NCBI RefSeq assembly: GCF_006345805.1
Contig: NC_043001.1
Coordinates: forward strand, 23,870,001-23,934,000
Length of the DNA: 64,000 bases
Direction of reading: 5' to 3'
Source of the DNA: Octopus sinensis
Lineage: Eukaryota
In this document: positions 37,716-51,714 of the stretch, in pieces
Layout: every line of letters starts with the position of its first letter
Position numbering within the stretch: position 1 is the stretch's first letter
Position numbers and translations under genes: made by a program
The notes under the pieces: model-generated
Told to the model about the DNA's origin: nothing
Database searches by the model: none
The model's input: only the letters and a program-made list of their open reading frames with translations

Positions 37716-38154
37716 TTATTTACACTACCCCTTAAAAATTTATCTAAATCCACGCCATTATCCTATTTCAGTTATTTCCCAATTCTATTTTGCCTTTGTA
37801 AATTATACTGGTCAAATTTTTAATTGGGTAGATTATACTCCACTCTACCAACTTTGCGGAGTCATTTTTTTCTCGCCTTATGAACAATGATAGGCTTGTA
37901 AACCGTATCCCCAAGGAGAAAGCCTCCACCTTCACTACCCGCTATGTATTCAACTCCTTGTTATACACTCTGAACCAATCCACCTCCAACGCTACCGCCT
38001 TCTACTCCAATAGGCTTGCGCACCTCACATTCATACATACCAAATGCAGATATACTTCCAGCTGTTTTAAACAAACTAGGTTATAGGTCATAAATATGCT
38101 CCTTCCAATATAATTTTAAACATTGCACCTCAGAATCTGCTCCTATAGTGGATT

Positions 38155-38360
38155 AAAATTTTGGTACAAGGCCAGCAATTTCGGGAGGGATTAAGTCGAT
38201 TACATCGACACTGGTACTCAACTGATACTTATTTCATCGACCCTGATGGTATGATAGGTAAAGTCAACCTCGGCAGAATTTGAACTCAGAACGTGAAGAC
38301 GGACGAAATGCCGCTAAGCATTTTGCCCAGCGTGCTCACGTTTCTGCCCATCTGCCGCCC
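38155..38360 (-). mobile_element. SINE group A (third tail type)
   Basis: Reverse-complement head and core. Confidence 0.8.
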
Positions 38361-39237
38361 TATAATCTGTTCCTATATTTACCAAACTCTTTTGTTTAAT
38401 ATTTTGTATGGGAGTATATCCTAAAAGCCCGTTCCAAAATGCAAGCCTTGGCCATCTTATAACTTTAGGGTTATCAAAATATATGGATCTCCGTCGGTTT
38501 CGACGATGGGCATTTAGTTGATTGATCAACTAAATTACCTGCTCATTGAATTAGAATGGAATGGGCTGGGAATTTTCCCAAACACGTATGTGCACTTAAC
38601 GTAATTCTTAAGCAGAATCAGTATAATACGGCATGTAACAAGGCTTGTTCTTTGAATTATAGTCCCACTCCATCTATCAGGCTTCCTCGTAGTTTCCATC
38701 AACCTAATGTAACTCACAGAACATGAGTTAGCCCAAGGCAATGATAAAAACTTACCCAAGGTGCCTCACAGCGGGATCGAAACTGGAACCTCGTATTTGC
38801 GAAGCGAACTTCTTAACCATTCGACCATGCTGCGCCCACCTCAGGAATTGTAGTGGGACTGTCTAACATAACGTTATCTAATGTGTCCTTTCATTTTTAT
38901 GATACTGGATTGAGATTTGAGGGAGATTAGGCAGTTATTTCTAGCAGGTATAGGAACCATGTAAATATGTTAGGCCATCGACTAGTGTTTCTTGATTTTA
39001 AAAAGACTTTAAAGAGTGGTAGAGAGAAGAAGGAAGAGAGAGAAAGGGGGAGAGGAAGAGAGCGAGAGAGAGAGAGAGAGGAAGGAAGAGACGAGTGAGA
39101 GTGAGAGATACGGTCAGAGAAGGAGAACACGACTATTGCAATTTAACTCCATTTGCCAATAAGTACACTGCAGCGAGAAGAGGACACATGTCGGCTGCTT
39201 GTGCCAAGAAAAATGCAATCGGAAACCAACACCAATC

Positions 39238-39275
<38 letters not shown>

Positions 39276-39719
39276 GGCACAGAAGCACACGCGCAAACAT
39301 GCAACACATACATACACACAGTGTTGTAGACACAAGCACACAGGCACACTGGCACACAGAAGCAAACACAAACGTACAAGTACGCATACACATATAGATA
39401 CGCATACACATGCATGCGATTGCATACATGCTTAAAGGTTCCAATACTGTACTGCAATGTCCACTACGGCTGCAAGAGTACACATAATATCGTTATAATT
39501 ACTGCAATTTATTTTGTAGCAGCTAATCAACGGGCATGAGGTGTGGGGGGGGGGTTGGGGTTGGTATACGTCTGATTGCAACAATCAGTGAGTGCGAATT
39601 CACGTACCTTTCTACCAAGCGGGGAAAAAAGTAGAGATGAATGGATTTTCTTTATCTCTCAATCGAATATACAGTATAACAATAACACAAAGCCGGTGCA
39701 TATATTTACTCGTATCATT

Positions 39720-39818
39720 CACATACGTACACATACACATAGATGTACGCACACACGAGCACACACACACACACACACACCACACACACACACATACATG
39801 CACACGCACATCCATGCT

Positions 39819-39871
<53 letters not shown>

Positions 39872-39956
39872 ATGTATGTACACATGCATACATTCATACA
39901 TATTTACACTCATACACGCATACATACTTACAGACACGCACACACACATCCATGCT

Positions 39957-40001
<45 letters not shown>

Positions 40002-40150
40002 TATGTATATACACATGCATACATTCATACATATTTACACTCATACACGCATACATACTTACACGGCTATAAATATGCACATAAATGCATGCAGCTATAC
40101 ACATACGCACATACAGACACACTCACATACGTATATACATATATGAACGA
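39720..40150. repeat. Compound CA/TA microsatellite with a ~140-bp tandem duplication
   Basis: CATCCATGCTGGCATATA...CATACTTACA occurs twice. Confidence 0.85.
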
Positions 40151-40755
40151 ATAGCAATACATGTACATATGCAAACACACATTGTGCGCATGCGTATGTG
40201 TGTTATGCTCTTTTCTTCTGATTTCTCGTGTATTCTAGCCTCACTAATATTAAGTGTCATATCTATGATAGCACCGCATTGACGTAACCGTACAGTAACA
40301 TCATGACAGTGCGTGGGAGAATTTAATAATCTTGATCACCGGAGAAAAGGAATCAATAACATCTCATTCATCGTGATATCATTGATCAAATTTGATTAGT
40401 TTCGTCCGCGTAGCTGTTGTCAGTATTTGTACGGAAGGATGAAAGGCGAGCGAGCTTTGACAGAAACGTGATAGTTACTATAATGTATCTGGACAACTCT
40501 TCGTTACTAAGCTGCCTCAAGCGACGGTGATGCTGTTATAATCGCTATTCTAACTATTTTGATATCTAACAATACACTGTTATTCTTTATGATATCATTA
40601 CAGATATCACCTGTTATCTGTTTCATATCTCATTCACTTAAGTTACATTTGCATTACCTGTGTTATGTGAATTGTGTGTTGAGAGAAATTTGGATGTTTA
40701 GATATCAAAGAATCTTATGAAGAGTGACAAGCTAGCCAAATCTTACTGTAAACAT

Positions 40756-41144
40756 TTATTATTATTATTATTATTGAGTGAGAGAGCAGTGCATGCCATC
40801 AAAGTGACACTGGGGTATAAATATACGAAGCTCAGTATATACCCATCATGACTATTCGTCTGATATGGGTACACCAGGCACGTGCATCACAACTATATGT
40901 GCGCGACATGGTGACCCTATATCAAGTTAAACAGCGCGTGACCTTGCAGGTAGGGCCCAGTTAGAATTTTCTTCAGGTCGAGTAGCCCATCCCGCTGAAA
41001 AGATCCCTGAATAAGGGTTGTTTTAGGACATTGAAAGAAACACCCATGTTTGAAGAGGTGAATTATTCAAACCCCAAAGAATTCCTCTCAACACATGGCT
41101 ATGATGCTCTCCCACTACTTCTGCTCGTGATCAGAGATGCACAT
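40756..41144 (-). mobile_element. Group E element, 3' ~370 bp, with (TTA)n
   Basis: Reverse complement of ~57930-58297. Confidence 0.85.
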
Positions 41145-41149
41145 TATTA

Positions 41150-41477
41150 TTATTATCACTATTGAGTGAGAGAGCGGTGCATGCCATCAAAATGACACTG
41201 GAGTACAAATATACGAGGCCCAGTATACCCATCATTACTGATGGATATATATGGTTGTGGTGCATGTGCCTGGTGTACCCTTATCAGACGAGTAGTCATG
41301 ATGGGTATATACTGAGCTTCGTATATTTATACCCCAGTGTCACTTTGATGGCATGCGCTGCTCTCTGATGGGTATACTGATAAGGGTATACCGGGCACAT
41401 GCATCGCAGCCATATGTGCGTGACATGGTGATCTCATATCAATATAAACAGTGCATGACCTTGCAGGTGGAGCCTAG

Positions 41478-41478
<1 letters not shown>
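41150..41478. mobile_element. Rearranged group E fragments in -/+/- orientation
   Basis: ~41160-41245 minus, ~41250-41365 plus, ~41366-41478 minus, then (TTA)n to 41560. Confidence 0.75.
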
Positions 41479-41560
<82 letters not shown>

Positions 41561-41562
<2 letters not shown>

Positions 41563-41841
41563 CGCACCGCTGCCCTCCTTCAATCGGGCAGGCAAGGCAC
41601 TTTTCCTTGCAATTGGAAACCAACTGTGGCGAAAGAGGTTGCTTGGTGGACAAAGCTAAAAGGCAAGAAGACAGATACATTCCTCTTTGGTAGAGCTCTC
41701 ATTGACTTTTTGAAGTTTCCCTTGAAAAGGAAATTGAATGTGGAGAGCGAAGTGCTGTCCTCGAGTGAGTTTATTGAAAGTGGGATGAAAGTTGCGAAAA
41801 TGGCAAGAGAGGGTGTTACCTCTCTAAGTGCAGAACTGTGA
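41561..41841 (+). pseudogene. Tx1/L1-type ORF2 C-terminal fragment
   Basis: IAPLPSFNRAGKALFLAI / VAKEVAWWTKLKG...GRALIDFLKFPLKRKLNVESEVLS, homologous to the minus-strand ORF at 60710-61072. Confidence 0.6.
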
Positions 41842-42019
41842 GTCGGAGAGAATGAACTGACAAGGGCACTTGCTCCTGGGGTTTCAGGGAAATCTTGGAC
41901 AGTGGGGTTCCTCGATTATTCTGGAAGTATACTTTCTTTATTTCTGTCTTCCTTTCTTTCTGTCTGTTTTCTTTCTTTCTGTCAGTCTTTCTTTTTTTCT
42001 GTTTGTCTTTCTTTCTTTC

Positions 42020-43106
42020 ATTAAAAATTTTCTTGACATGGATAAGTTAGTTTTCCTCTTTTGCAGCCTCTAAGTACAGTTTTGTCTACCAGGAGTTGAT
42101 CCTTGGTACCTCTGCACTTACGCTTGCAACCATTCTGCTCATGTGGCAGGACTCCATTTTTCTCCAGATATCCGTATATTGACTCTGCGACTATTCCAGT
42201 CAATAATTTCCACATAAGTGGAAAAAAATGATATCGGCCTGTAATTGTTCACCGTATTGCCTTTTTCGATGTTTTTCAAGCACAGCACTGCCCTACCCAT
42301 TGTCAACCACTCTGGTATTACTTGGTCGGCATTTAACAAGGTGTTCAGTTGCGCAGCTATTCGTGCATGACATTCACCAAATCTTTTGATCCAGTAGCCT
42401 CGAACTCCATCTGATCCCGGGGCCTTCCAGTTGCTCATTCTTTATTTTATTTTATTTTATTTTAGTTTTTGCTGATTTCCTTCACTTCCCTAACTGAAAT
42501 GACTAGTTCTGCCTGTTTTGGACAGACTACTGTTTGTTTTAGTTCTTTCAACCATTCAGTATCCTTCTTGTGTTCCTTGTCTTTGCTCTAGATGCCACTC
42601 CAAAACCTTTGATTTTCAATGTTATCTTGTATCAACTTTCATTTCTACACTCGCCATTTTATTTCTTTGTAGAATCTCTTCTGATCGACTCTGAATAACC
42701 TATTCTGGTGGCAACCTTTCATTCTTTGGTCGTATCTTACCATCTTTGCTTTCTTTGCTACGAGGCGCTGTTTCAGTTCTTTTATTACCACTTTCAGGCC
42801 CTTTCTTTCAATATCATACTTCCTGTTCAGTACCCTGTATTTTTGTTCACTTTTAAACCCTCCCTTCTCTTTTCGAGCAAACACAGAAATGTCCTTCGAG
42901 AGCATATTTGACCCCGTCTGTATGCTTCTTTTCCACAATGGATCTTTTCTTTTGTCACTCCCAATATATTTCTTTTCCTTGACATCAGCACCCACATTTT
43001 CTGCTACAACAATACTTGCTGCCTTGATCAAATTATTTGTTTCTGTGATGTTGTTTGTTCTGATGTATTTCAGAATTTCATTCACATTTTTCGTTTCTTG
43101 ATTCAA
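42020..43106 (-). pseudogene. R4/Dong-type reverse transcriptase, N-terminal region, frameshifted
   Basis: [64 protein letters not shown] motifs across three frames. Confidence 0.85.
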
Positions 43107-43249
43107 TTTCCACCGATCAACCCTTTTAAGGTTGTCAATAATGTCGTTATCGTTCTCCTGTAGCGTTGCTTTATTCTGTCGTAAATTGCCTTTTGCCTAT
43201 CTGTCATGTCACCATCAGTTTTATTGTCACACACATGCACACACACCCC

Positions 43250-43493
43250 CACACACACATGATCTCTCTCACTTTCTCCGCATTCATCACCCTCTTGTAC
43301 TATCTTATATCCCTCCCCAAAACTACACACTCAATAACACAATAAAATGGTCAAATTTTTTCCCCAAGATCTTAGACCCCCCCTTGGAGTAAACATCCTG
43401 ACCAATTACAAAAGAAACCAGCAAAACATTTTTTTCTTCTTCCCTCTCTCCCTTTTCTTCCTGTCCTTCTTTAACACTACTTTCAGATACAAA

Positions 43494-43524
<31 letters not shown>

Positions 43525-43638
43525 CACATGCTCTCTCTCTCTCTCTCACTTTCTCCCCATTCATCACCCTCTTGTACTATCTTATATCCCTGCCCACCAC
43601 TACACACTCAATAACACTATAAAATGGTCAAAATTTTT
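43250..43638. repeat. ~110-bp direct repeat, two copies
   Basis: CATTCATCACCCTCTTGTACTATCTTATATCCCT...AAAATGGTCAAA near 43280 and 43560. Confidence 0.85.
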
Positions 43639-43799
43639 CCACAAGAACTTAGTTCAATTTGAAAACTCCACCAGAATGGACGAAAGCGCTAATATATAAT
43701 ATATGATATAAGTTATATGATGTATAAAAACATGTAATATACAATTAGATATCTGTAAATATAAAACCATCCGAATTTCTGAGTACCTCATTTCTTCTA

Positions 43800-44052
43800 A
43801 TATATATATATATATTTGTATGTATGTGTGTGTATATGTTTGTGTGTCGGTGTTTGTCCCCCCAACATCGCATGACAAGCAATGCTGGTGTGTTTACGTT
43901 CCCGCAACTTAGCGGTTCGGCAAAATTGACCGATAGAATAAATACTAGGCTTCCAAAGAATAAGTCCTCTGGTCGATTTGCTCGACTGAAGGCGGTGCTC
44001 CAGCATGGCTGCAGTCAAATGACTGAAACAAGTAAAAGAGCAAAAGAGTAAA
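43800..44052 (+). mobile_element. SINE group B, 3' half
   Basis: Matches the post-microsatellite half of group B. Confidence 0.8.
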
Positions 44053-44112
44053 GAGAGAGACGATCAAATAAATTCCTTACTAAACACTGCCAACATAATC
44101 ATTATTTATGTA

Positions 44113-44642
44113 CAAGCATATCTCATTTTACGAGGACTCGCTTTACGAGACCCCGGCTTTACGAATTTTATTTTATAATATATTTTTCAAGGCACAAGAT
44201 CCAAATTTTGAACGAAGCGCGAAAGATTCTCCTGTCATAACAAATACTTATGCGTGTTACTGAGAACTTTATAGAGAGCGAAAAAAAGCTTCTAAGCAAA
44301 CAACTCTAGACTTGTGCTTTAAAAAGAAATCCACAAGTTCGTCTACAAGTGATGGTGTGTGTGAGTCTAGTGGGAGTGAAAGTGATTCAGAAAACGATGA
44401 TAATAATATCTTTTTATCATAAATAATCTTGGCACTTTTATATTTGTAAATATTCTTTACATTCTACTGTTGTTTTATTACCATTTATTTACGTGTATTA
44501 TAAATTTTATAGGTAAATATGTTTTCTGGGAACGAATTTACAACATTGCTACTACTATGGGAAATTATTGCTCTGCTTTACGAGTTTTTACTTTACGATC
44601 GGCCTCCGGGAAAAAGTTAACTCGTACATCGAGTCATTACTG
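44113..44642 (+). mobile_element. pogo/Tigger-type non-autonomous DNA transposon
   Basis: TA flanks; imperfect TIRs TACAAGCATATCTCATTTTACGAG / CTCGTACATCGAGTCATTACTGTA; from 44198 DPNFERSAK...Y*ELYRERKKASKQTTLDLCFKK, a pogo-type C-terminal motif. Confidence 0.75.
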
Positions 44643-46261
44643 TACGTTTATTTGTGATTCAATACGAAGCTAACACAAACACCAGTAAACACTCAGTGAT
44701 TTTTTAGGAATAGGATAAGCACCTTAATGAATTATTTGTATGAGATTTATCAAAAAGTTATCAAATAATTTGGCGCGTGATATTATGGTATTACATATCG
44801 AGTCATTATCCGACGATTTAATTTCCAAATTGAATAGCGTTTGGCGAGACAAATCGAAATAAAACTTACTGAAATAAAAAAAAAGTGTGCATTTATCTTG
44901 TTGAAAATCTCTCACAGAAATTTGAGAAAGTAGGCGTAGGATAATTTGGATTTCGAAACGAAAACTTTTGCTCCAAAATGTTCTATTAGTCATTTATCTC
45001 TGATTCACCGTATTAAAATGCAGTGTTCTTGCTTTTTTGTAACCAAACACCAGTAATAAACGAGGACATATGCATCTATTCAAACATTAAATCGGAATAA
45101 AACTGTTAAATAATAGAGAAACGAAAGTAAACAATGGAAAAATAAATTAACAGTAAATAAATATACCCGGTATAAAACGGCTAAATAAAATTTAAAAATA
45201 AATTTATGCGTGGGAAAAATAACATGTTAATTACGAACGCGAAATTAATGGCATAAAATCTCAAGCAAGGATAACTTACAATTCCTTTTCCTATTGCATC
45301 TCTAACGAAACACCCAAAGTTTCTTACACTCGATATAATAAAACAGTAATATTCCAAACAAAGTCCCATCTGCATATTTTTAGAACAACTACGTTTATAT
45401 ACAAACCCTTAAGACACTGAAAACAATTACGGGCCATGCAAAAAACCTAGGTACGATATTCGAAATTTCTCTAACATCTGCAGAAACAAATACTTGCTCT
45501 ACTACACAGCTTGCCACAAGTCTAACCAGAATTTGCATCGCACATACCAACACCAGTTCTTTGGATTGTTCAAGGAATATAAAAAATAAAAAGTACCAGA
45601 ACACGATCCATTTTTTAAAAGATCTGCTCAACACACAATATACCATAGCAATTACGTTAATAGAGACACACCATATGCCAGATGTACGAGAAGCTTAAGT
45701 GCATATAGCAAGCTCTCCAAAATATAGACTAGACCATCGATCCAGAAAGAATGCCGGGCTGGCTCTGTTTCCTGAGGAGACTTCGTTGCTGATGTTGTTC
45801 CCAGTTCGTCCCATCAAGTTAAGTGAATCACTGAACGTCCATGTGATACAGAAGAACTTTATTCTATGTGTCATCTAGTGACCTTCGCCTACAGCTTGTC
45901 AACGTAACTGCATTAAAGTGTCTCTAATAAATATACAAGATACTACTTGGACACGGTGACATATGGGCTACCATCATCCTTATGGGAGATTTGAGATCTA
46001 CTGGGAATAAAGTGGCATTCAAACGATATTAAGCCCAGATGTTCACTTTTGAACAGAATGTAATTGTTGATGCTGAATAACATACTAACACAGTCGAGAT
46101 GGTTGAAAAGTCCTGATATTTTCGATTAGTATATAGTTAAATGCTTGACATAGAAATATAAAAATATAGCTAAACTTTCATATGTAAATCAATTCTCACT
46201 TCAGGGCTAGTATCGAAGTAGCTTTTCTTTGAAAATATAGCCAATTTTATTTTAACAGTTG

Positions 46262-46550
46262 TTTGTTGTTTGTTCCTTCTCGAGCCACGCCTGGCTCATA
46301 GGGCTGGTTTCCCGGTTTCCTTGGCATATAGGATTCCCCACATGGACGGGACGCCGGTCCGTCGCAGGTGAGCTACAAGATGGAGGAGGAAAGAGTGAGA
46401 GAAAGTTGTGGCGAAAGAGTCAGCAGAAGTTTGCCATTACCTTTTGCCGGAGCCGCATGGAGTTTAGGTGTTTCGCTCATAAACACACACATCACTCGCG
46501 ATCCCTCAACCGCGAGTCCGCTGCTCTAACCACTAGGCCATGTGCCTCCA
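46262..46550 (-). mobile_element. SINE group C
   Basis: Reverse complement similar to 9574-9855. Confidence 0.8.
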
Positions 46551-48357
46551 CTTATTTTTTAACAGTACATAACTAATATTTGTTACAGTACCATTGTCGT
46601 ATTGTCTGTCAAAGGCCATGTCTTCTAGTGACAACTTCTGTTAATTACCCACCAGGCTAGTTTTCTATTGTAGTAAGGACTCACAAAGTGAAAAACGAAA
46701 AAAAAAAAATGTATATTTTCATTCCGGAAAAAAAAAAAAAAACTTTAGAAATGGTTTCTGATTCTTGCATAAACCCGTTAATTTTAAGGTCGTAGATAAG
46801 TCAATTGTATCGATCCCATGTATTTTATTTTACCGACGGAAAGCAAAGTGGCTCTCGGCGACGAAATTTGAACCAGAACATAAAGAGCCGGAAGAAACGC
46901 TGCTAAGCATTTCATCCGACTCGCTAACGATTCTACCTGCTCACTCCATTAAAGGCTTTAGAGATGAGAGATATCAAGTATCTCAACGAACCAGCATCAT
47001 ATTAAATACAGGCTTTTACTTTTTTTTTATTCTTAATGCATTTTCCTCCATTTTTCGATGTTGGCATGGATGAGATGGGTTTTAGAAATAATTACATTTC
47101 CAGATTACATATGCAATTTGCTGGAGCAATATTTAAAATTCTCTTTCAACTGCAAGTTCTTGAAAGTTCCAGATCAAGATTCCCGAATGTTACTGTTGTT
47201 ATTTTACCCACACCTGGGGGCAATGAACTATTAGAATCGTTAAAATTCTGAGACAGAAATTCCTTGTTATACTTCTTCGGGCTTTTTCTGTTCTAAGTTT
47301 AATCACATCGAGATTAAATTTTTTTAAAATCCAACCTGGGCCGATAAAATAAACTACCAGTCAAATACTAGGATCGATGGTATCGACTAAGTCCCTTCCC
47401 TCAAAACTCCAAACTTTTTGCCAAATCACTAAAATAAAATTTTATCAATCCTCATAATGTGAAGAAAATGAATCGAATCTATAAAAATTTGACTTTAGAA
47501 TCAAGATGCGTTGAACAAAATACATCAAAATATAAAATATGGCCTTCTATTACAGTGTAACGCAGTTATTATCAATGTTTTAAATTGCTTATCCTATAAA
47601 ATATTTGAAAAGTTTATTCCTCGTCAGCGCATTAAAGTTTCTGTTATTTAGCACCAGATCAGCTCTAACTGAGAAGACTTATGAACAAAGACATTCCAGC
47701 CGCGACCGTCCCATGTTTCGCATATGTAAAACTATACTCTCTAACGTGTCCCTTTCTTTTTTCAATATGACCGATGCAATATGAGGGAGATCTGCCGGTT
47801 AATTCTAGCAGGTCAAACGACCAAGTAGAGATACCCTCATCAACTCGAGCGCCAGAGAAGGCAAGTTGCAAGTAAATCGACTCCGTGTACTAGTTTTGAG
47901 TTCCAAACGAATATATTTCAATTGTGTCATGAATACCCTTTGATAAAACCCTATTTCAACCCCATTCCCCTTTCAAGGGGAATGCGGTGGAAATTAATAT
48001 CTGGTAATAAAGGGGAACGGGGTGGAAATTATTATCTGGTACCTCGTATTTATTGAGCATCGATCTGTAACGCTGATCCTTCGGCGTTTGTTGCTTGTAT
48101 AGCTTTATTTATAACATTTATGATTTTCAGTAAGTTACGAACTTCGTACAGTCACGAATTCCTCTTTCCCATAAACCAGGATATTTGTACCTAATCAATA
48201 AATAAGTTTCGTCTTTGATTTTTTGCTGCCATTAATCTGTCAATAGTATCACACAGAAGGACAGGAAGTTATAAATATGCAACATTGTTTCTCAGATGTT
48301 GTTAGATTAGTAGAGTAAGTGAGACATGAAGTTTATTTAACTAATATTATCAAAAAC

Positions 48358-49060
48358 GAAGGCGACGAGCTGGCGGAAGCTTTAGCACGTCGGGCAAAAT
48401 GTTTAGCGGTATTTCGTCTACCTCTACGTTCTGAGTTCAAATTCCGCCGAGGTCGACTTTGTCTTTCATCCTTTCGGGGTCGATAAATTAAGTACCAGTT
48501 ACGCACTAGGGTCGATGTAATCGACTTAATCCGTTTGTCTGTCCTTGTTTGTCCTCTGTGTTTAGTCCCTTGTGGATAGTAAAGAAATAGGTATTTCGTC
48601 TGCCGCTACGTTCTGAGTTCAAATTCCGCCGAGGTCGACTTTACCTTTCATCCTTTCGGGGTCGATTAAATAAGTACCAGTTACGCACTGGGATCGATAT
48701 GATCGATTTAATCCTGTCCTTGTTTGTCCTCTCTGTGTTTAGCTCCTTGTGGGTAGTAAAGAAATAGATATAATCGACTTAATCCGTTTGTCTGTCCTTG
48801 TTTGTCCCCTCTGTGTTTAACTCCTTGTGGGTAGTAAAGAAATAGATATAATCGACTTAATCCGTTTGTCTGTCCTTGTTTGTCCCCTCTGTGTTTAGCT
48901 CCTTGTGAGTAGTAAAGAAATAGGTATTTCGTCTCTTTACGTTCTGAGTTCAAATTCCGCCGAGGTCGACTTTGCTTTTCATCCTTTCAAGGTCGATCTA
49001 ATCGACTGGCCCCCTCCCACCAAATTTTGGGACTTGTGCCTAGAGTAGAAAAGAATATTG
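48358..49060 (+). mobile_element. SINE A head-to-tail array with duplicated tail segments
   Basis: Junctions AAATAG|GTATTTCG (twice) and AAATAG|ATATAATCGAC (twice); ends in the short tail type. Confidence 0.9.
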
Positions 49061-49934
49061 TCAAGAAAGGGAGAGAACAAACTGTATTTAAATAAAATAC
49101 AATTAATTAAAACAAATGTAGTGCCGCACTGAGTTCGATCTTTGGCAGTAGAGCGACCACTCTGAACATTCTTTTGCATAATTAAACCTGACCAGCGAAG
49201 CATAGTCTAAACTTTACTACCAGATATTAGATAATTGAAGAAACGTATAAATTGTTTGTGAACGAACACTAAACAGCATTGTAACAAGAGAATGATCACA
49301 CTTAATTTTTAATTATTTTAATAAATTAGAATTCGGGAATTATCTCCTATTTCGCTTACGACTGGTGCTGAGAGAAGGCATAATTTTAATCAACGTTGCT
49401 CAGCTGACTACGTTAGGCATGCTAGTACTCACTTTACTGTTTGTTAATCATATAACAGGTGTCTCTGAGTATTTCCCTGCAGTTTTTCATTGTTGATAGA
49501 CTAAATAACTTCAATTAACTGTTCTATTTACTGCTTCCAAACAAAAGCGATATAGTTAATTTTTTTTTAGTTGAGAATAAAGTATTCAGTTACTATCAGT
49601 GAAAACCTGCATAGCTTTACAAATATTTTCAATAACAAATGTTGTATAAAATAAATTACATAACCGAAAAACAAAAAAAATATAAAAAGAAAGAGTTTTA
49701 AAAATGCGTTAATTATCTTATTGAGTTCTTAAATATTCTGAAAGTACCAGATGTGTCTCTACACAAGTTGGTAATTAGAGTTTGAGTAGCGATCCTGATT
49801 TTGCGAAATGTGAAAGACGAAACAATTACTGGCTTCTATAATGTGTAATTATTACAGATTCCATCTGACGAAAATCTGTTGATATCTAAAGTACAATAGA
49901 TCCGAACAATATCGGATACGTAACACAAAGAGAA

Positions 49935-50026
<92 letters not shown>

Positions 50027-50052
50027 CTATCTATCTATCTATCTATCTATCT

Positions 50053-50133
<81 letters not shown>

Positions 50134-50149
50134 TTATCTATCTACCTAC

Positions 50150-50218
<69 letters not shown>

Positions 50219-50228
50219 ATATATATAT
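49935..50228. repeat. (TATC)n followed by (TA)n microsatellite
   Basis: Direct reading. Confidence 0.95.
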
Positions 50229-50234
50229 GTACTC

Positions 50235-50737
50235 AAAATAAGCAACAAGGATATCCGAGGTAGAGTAGTACAATTGTTTCATGCTACTTCATTTTATTAA
50301 ACACTGTAAGTATTACATCAGTTTTAAAATGTCGAGCAATATTCAGCCACATATAGAATTTTCCAATTAAACGGGCAATGCACATTCTTATCCCTATTTC
50401 ATTTGCCAACATTATAAAGACGGTAGATATATAGACAGAGAGGTTAATTTCATTCTTAAGAACATGATAGTTGTATGTTCAGACGGAGAATGAATATACT
50501 ACTATCATGTTCTTAAGAATGAAATTAACCTCTCTGTCTATATATCTACCGTCTTTATAATGTTGGCAAATGAAATATGGATAAGAATGTGCATTGTCCG
50601 TTTAATTGGAAAATTCTACATGTGGCTGAAGATTGCTCGACATTTTAAAACTGATGTAATACTTACAGTGTTTAATAAAATGAAGTAGCATGAAACAATT
50701 GTACTACTCTGTCTCGGATATTCTTGTTGCTTATTTT
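50235..50737. repeat. Near-perfect ~500-bp palindrome (~247-bp arms, ~9-nt loop)
   Basis: 50235-50481 pairs with 50491-50737 with about 9 mismatches by eye. Confidence 0.95.
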
Positions 50738-50935
50738 TATTATAATCACCCCATTTGATTTATATGGATAATACCATACAAATTTCTGGTTGCCTTTAAC
50801 TTAAATATCATATTCATCTGAATCTAAATTTTGCTGAACTTATATATATATCTTTATATATATCTAGCCACTTTTCGCAGGAGTGATTCCATAGGCAAAT
50901 ACTTGGATTCTCTGATTCCTTCTCTCTCTCCCTTG

Positions 50936-50984
<49 letters not shown>

Positions 50985-51464
50985 TCATGTATGTATAGAT
51001 GTGTAAGCTGCCTAAAAATCAGTAAGTCAAGGTAAAATGCACTCGTATATCTGACAGTAGAGTGGGTGTATTAATCAAAGTGTACAGTATTATATATATC
51101 CATTACGGTCGATCTTAGCAACTAGTTTCGCACTAGGGGTTACGTTAAGAGTTATGTGCCTTGGTATCAAAACATCATCTCTGGGGATGATTTTGATGCA
51201 AGTCGAGGAGAGCTGTCTGGAAAAAAGTTCATGAGGAATGTGTATCTTTAAGGTTGGTGATCTTCTGGAAATGGAATACGTGTAGTGGTATGATATGTGT
51301 AGTCTTTGCGGCGCATCGTGGTGGGTGGGAAACATCTGTGTTTCGTTTGTGTGTTTTCTTCCTTTTATGTTTTGGTTAATTCTAAATGCTCCAAGAATGA
51401 AACGACCCTGCTTGACACGAGTCCCGGGCTCAGCTGGTCCCAGCTGACAGTATGGGCCCCTATC

Positions 51465-51699
51465 TTAGGCGGCAAGCTGGCAGAAACGTTAGCACGCCGG
51501 GCGAAATGGCTTAGTGGTATTTCGTCTGCGTTACGTTGTGAGTTCAAATTCCGCCGAGGTCGACTTTGCCTTTCATCCTTTCGGGGTCGATAAATTAAGT
51601 ACCAGTTACGCACTGGGGTCGATGTAATCAACTTAATACCTATGTCTGTCCTTGTTTGTCCCCTCTGTGTTTAGCCCCTTGTGGGTAATAAAGAAATAG
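51465..51699 (+). mobile_element. SINE group A with perfect 15-bp TSD
   Basis: GTATGGGCCCCTATC at 51450-51464 and 51700-51714. Confidence 0.95.
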
Positions 51700-51714
51700 G
51701 TATGGGCCCCTATC

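Noticed and set aside
39576-40154. 192-aa ORF and the many other YI/CV/HT/N-repeat ORFs in the track
   Set aside because: Translations of microsatellites; no domain content.
47595-47630. Minus-strand CTGACGA followed by a weak stem
   Set aside because: No GAAA and no stem I; likely chance or too decayed.
50655-50710. Collapsed hammerhead in the palindrome arm (AGTAG-CATGAAAC-AATT-GTA-CTACT)
   Set aside because: GAAAC, a palindromic loop and GUA are present, but CUGANGA and stem II are missing; needs a family consensus.
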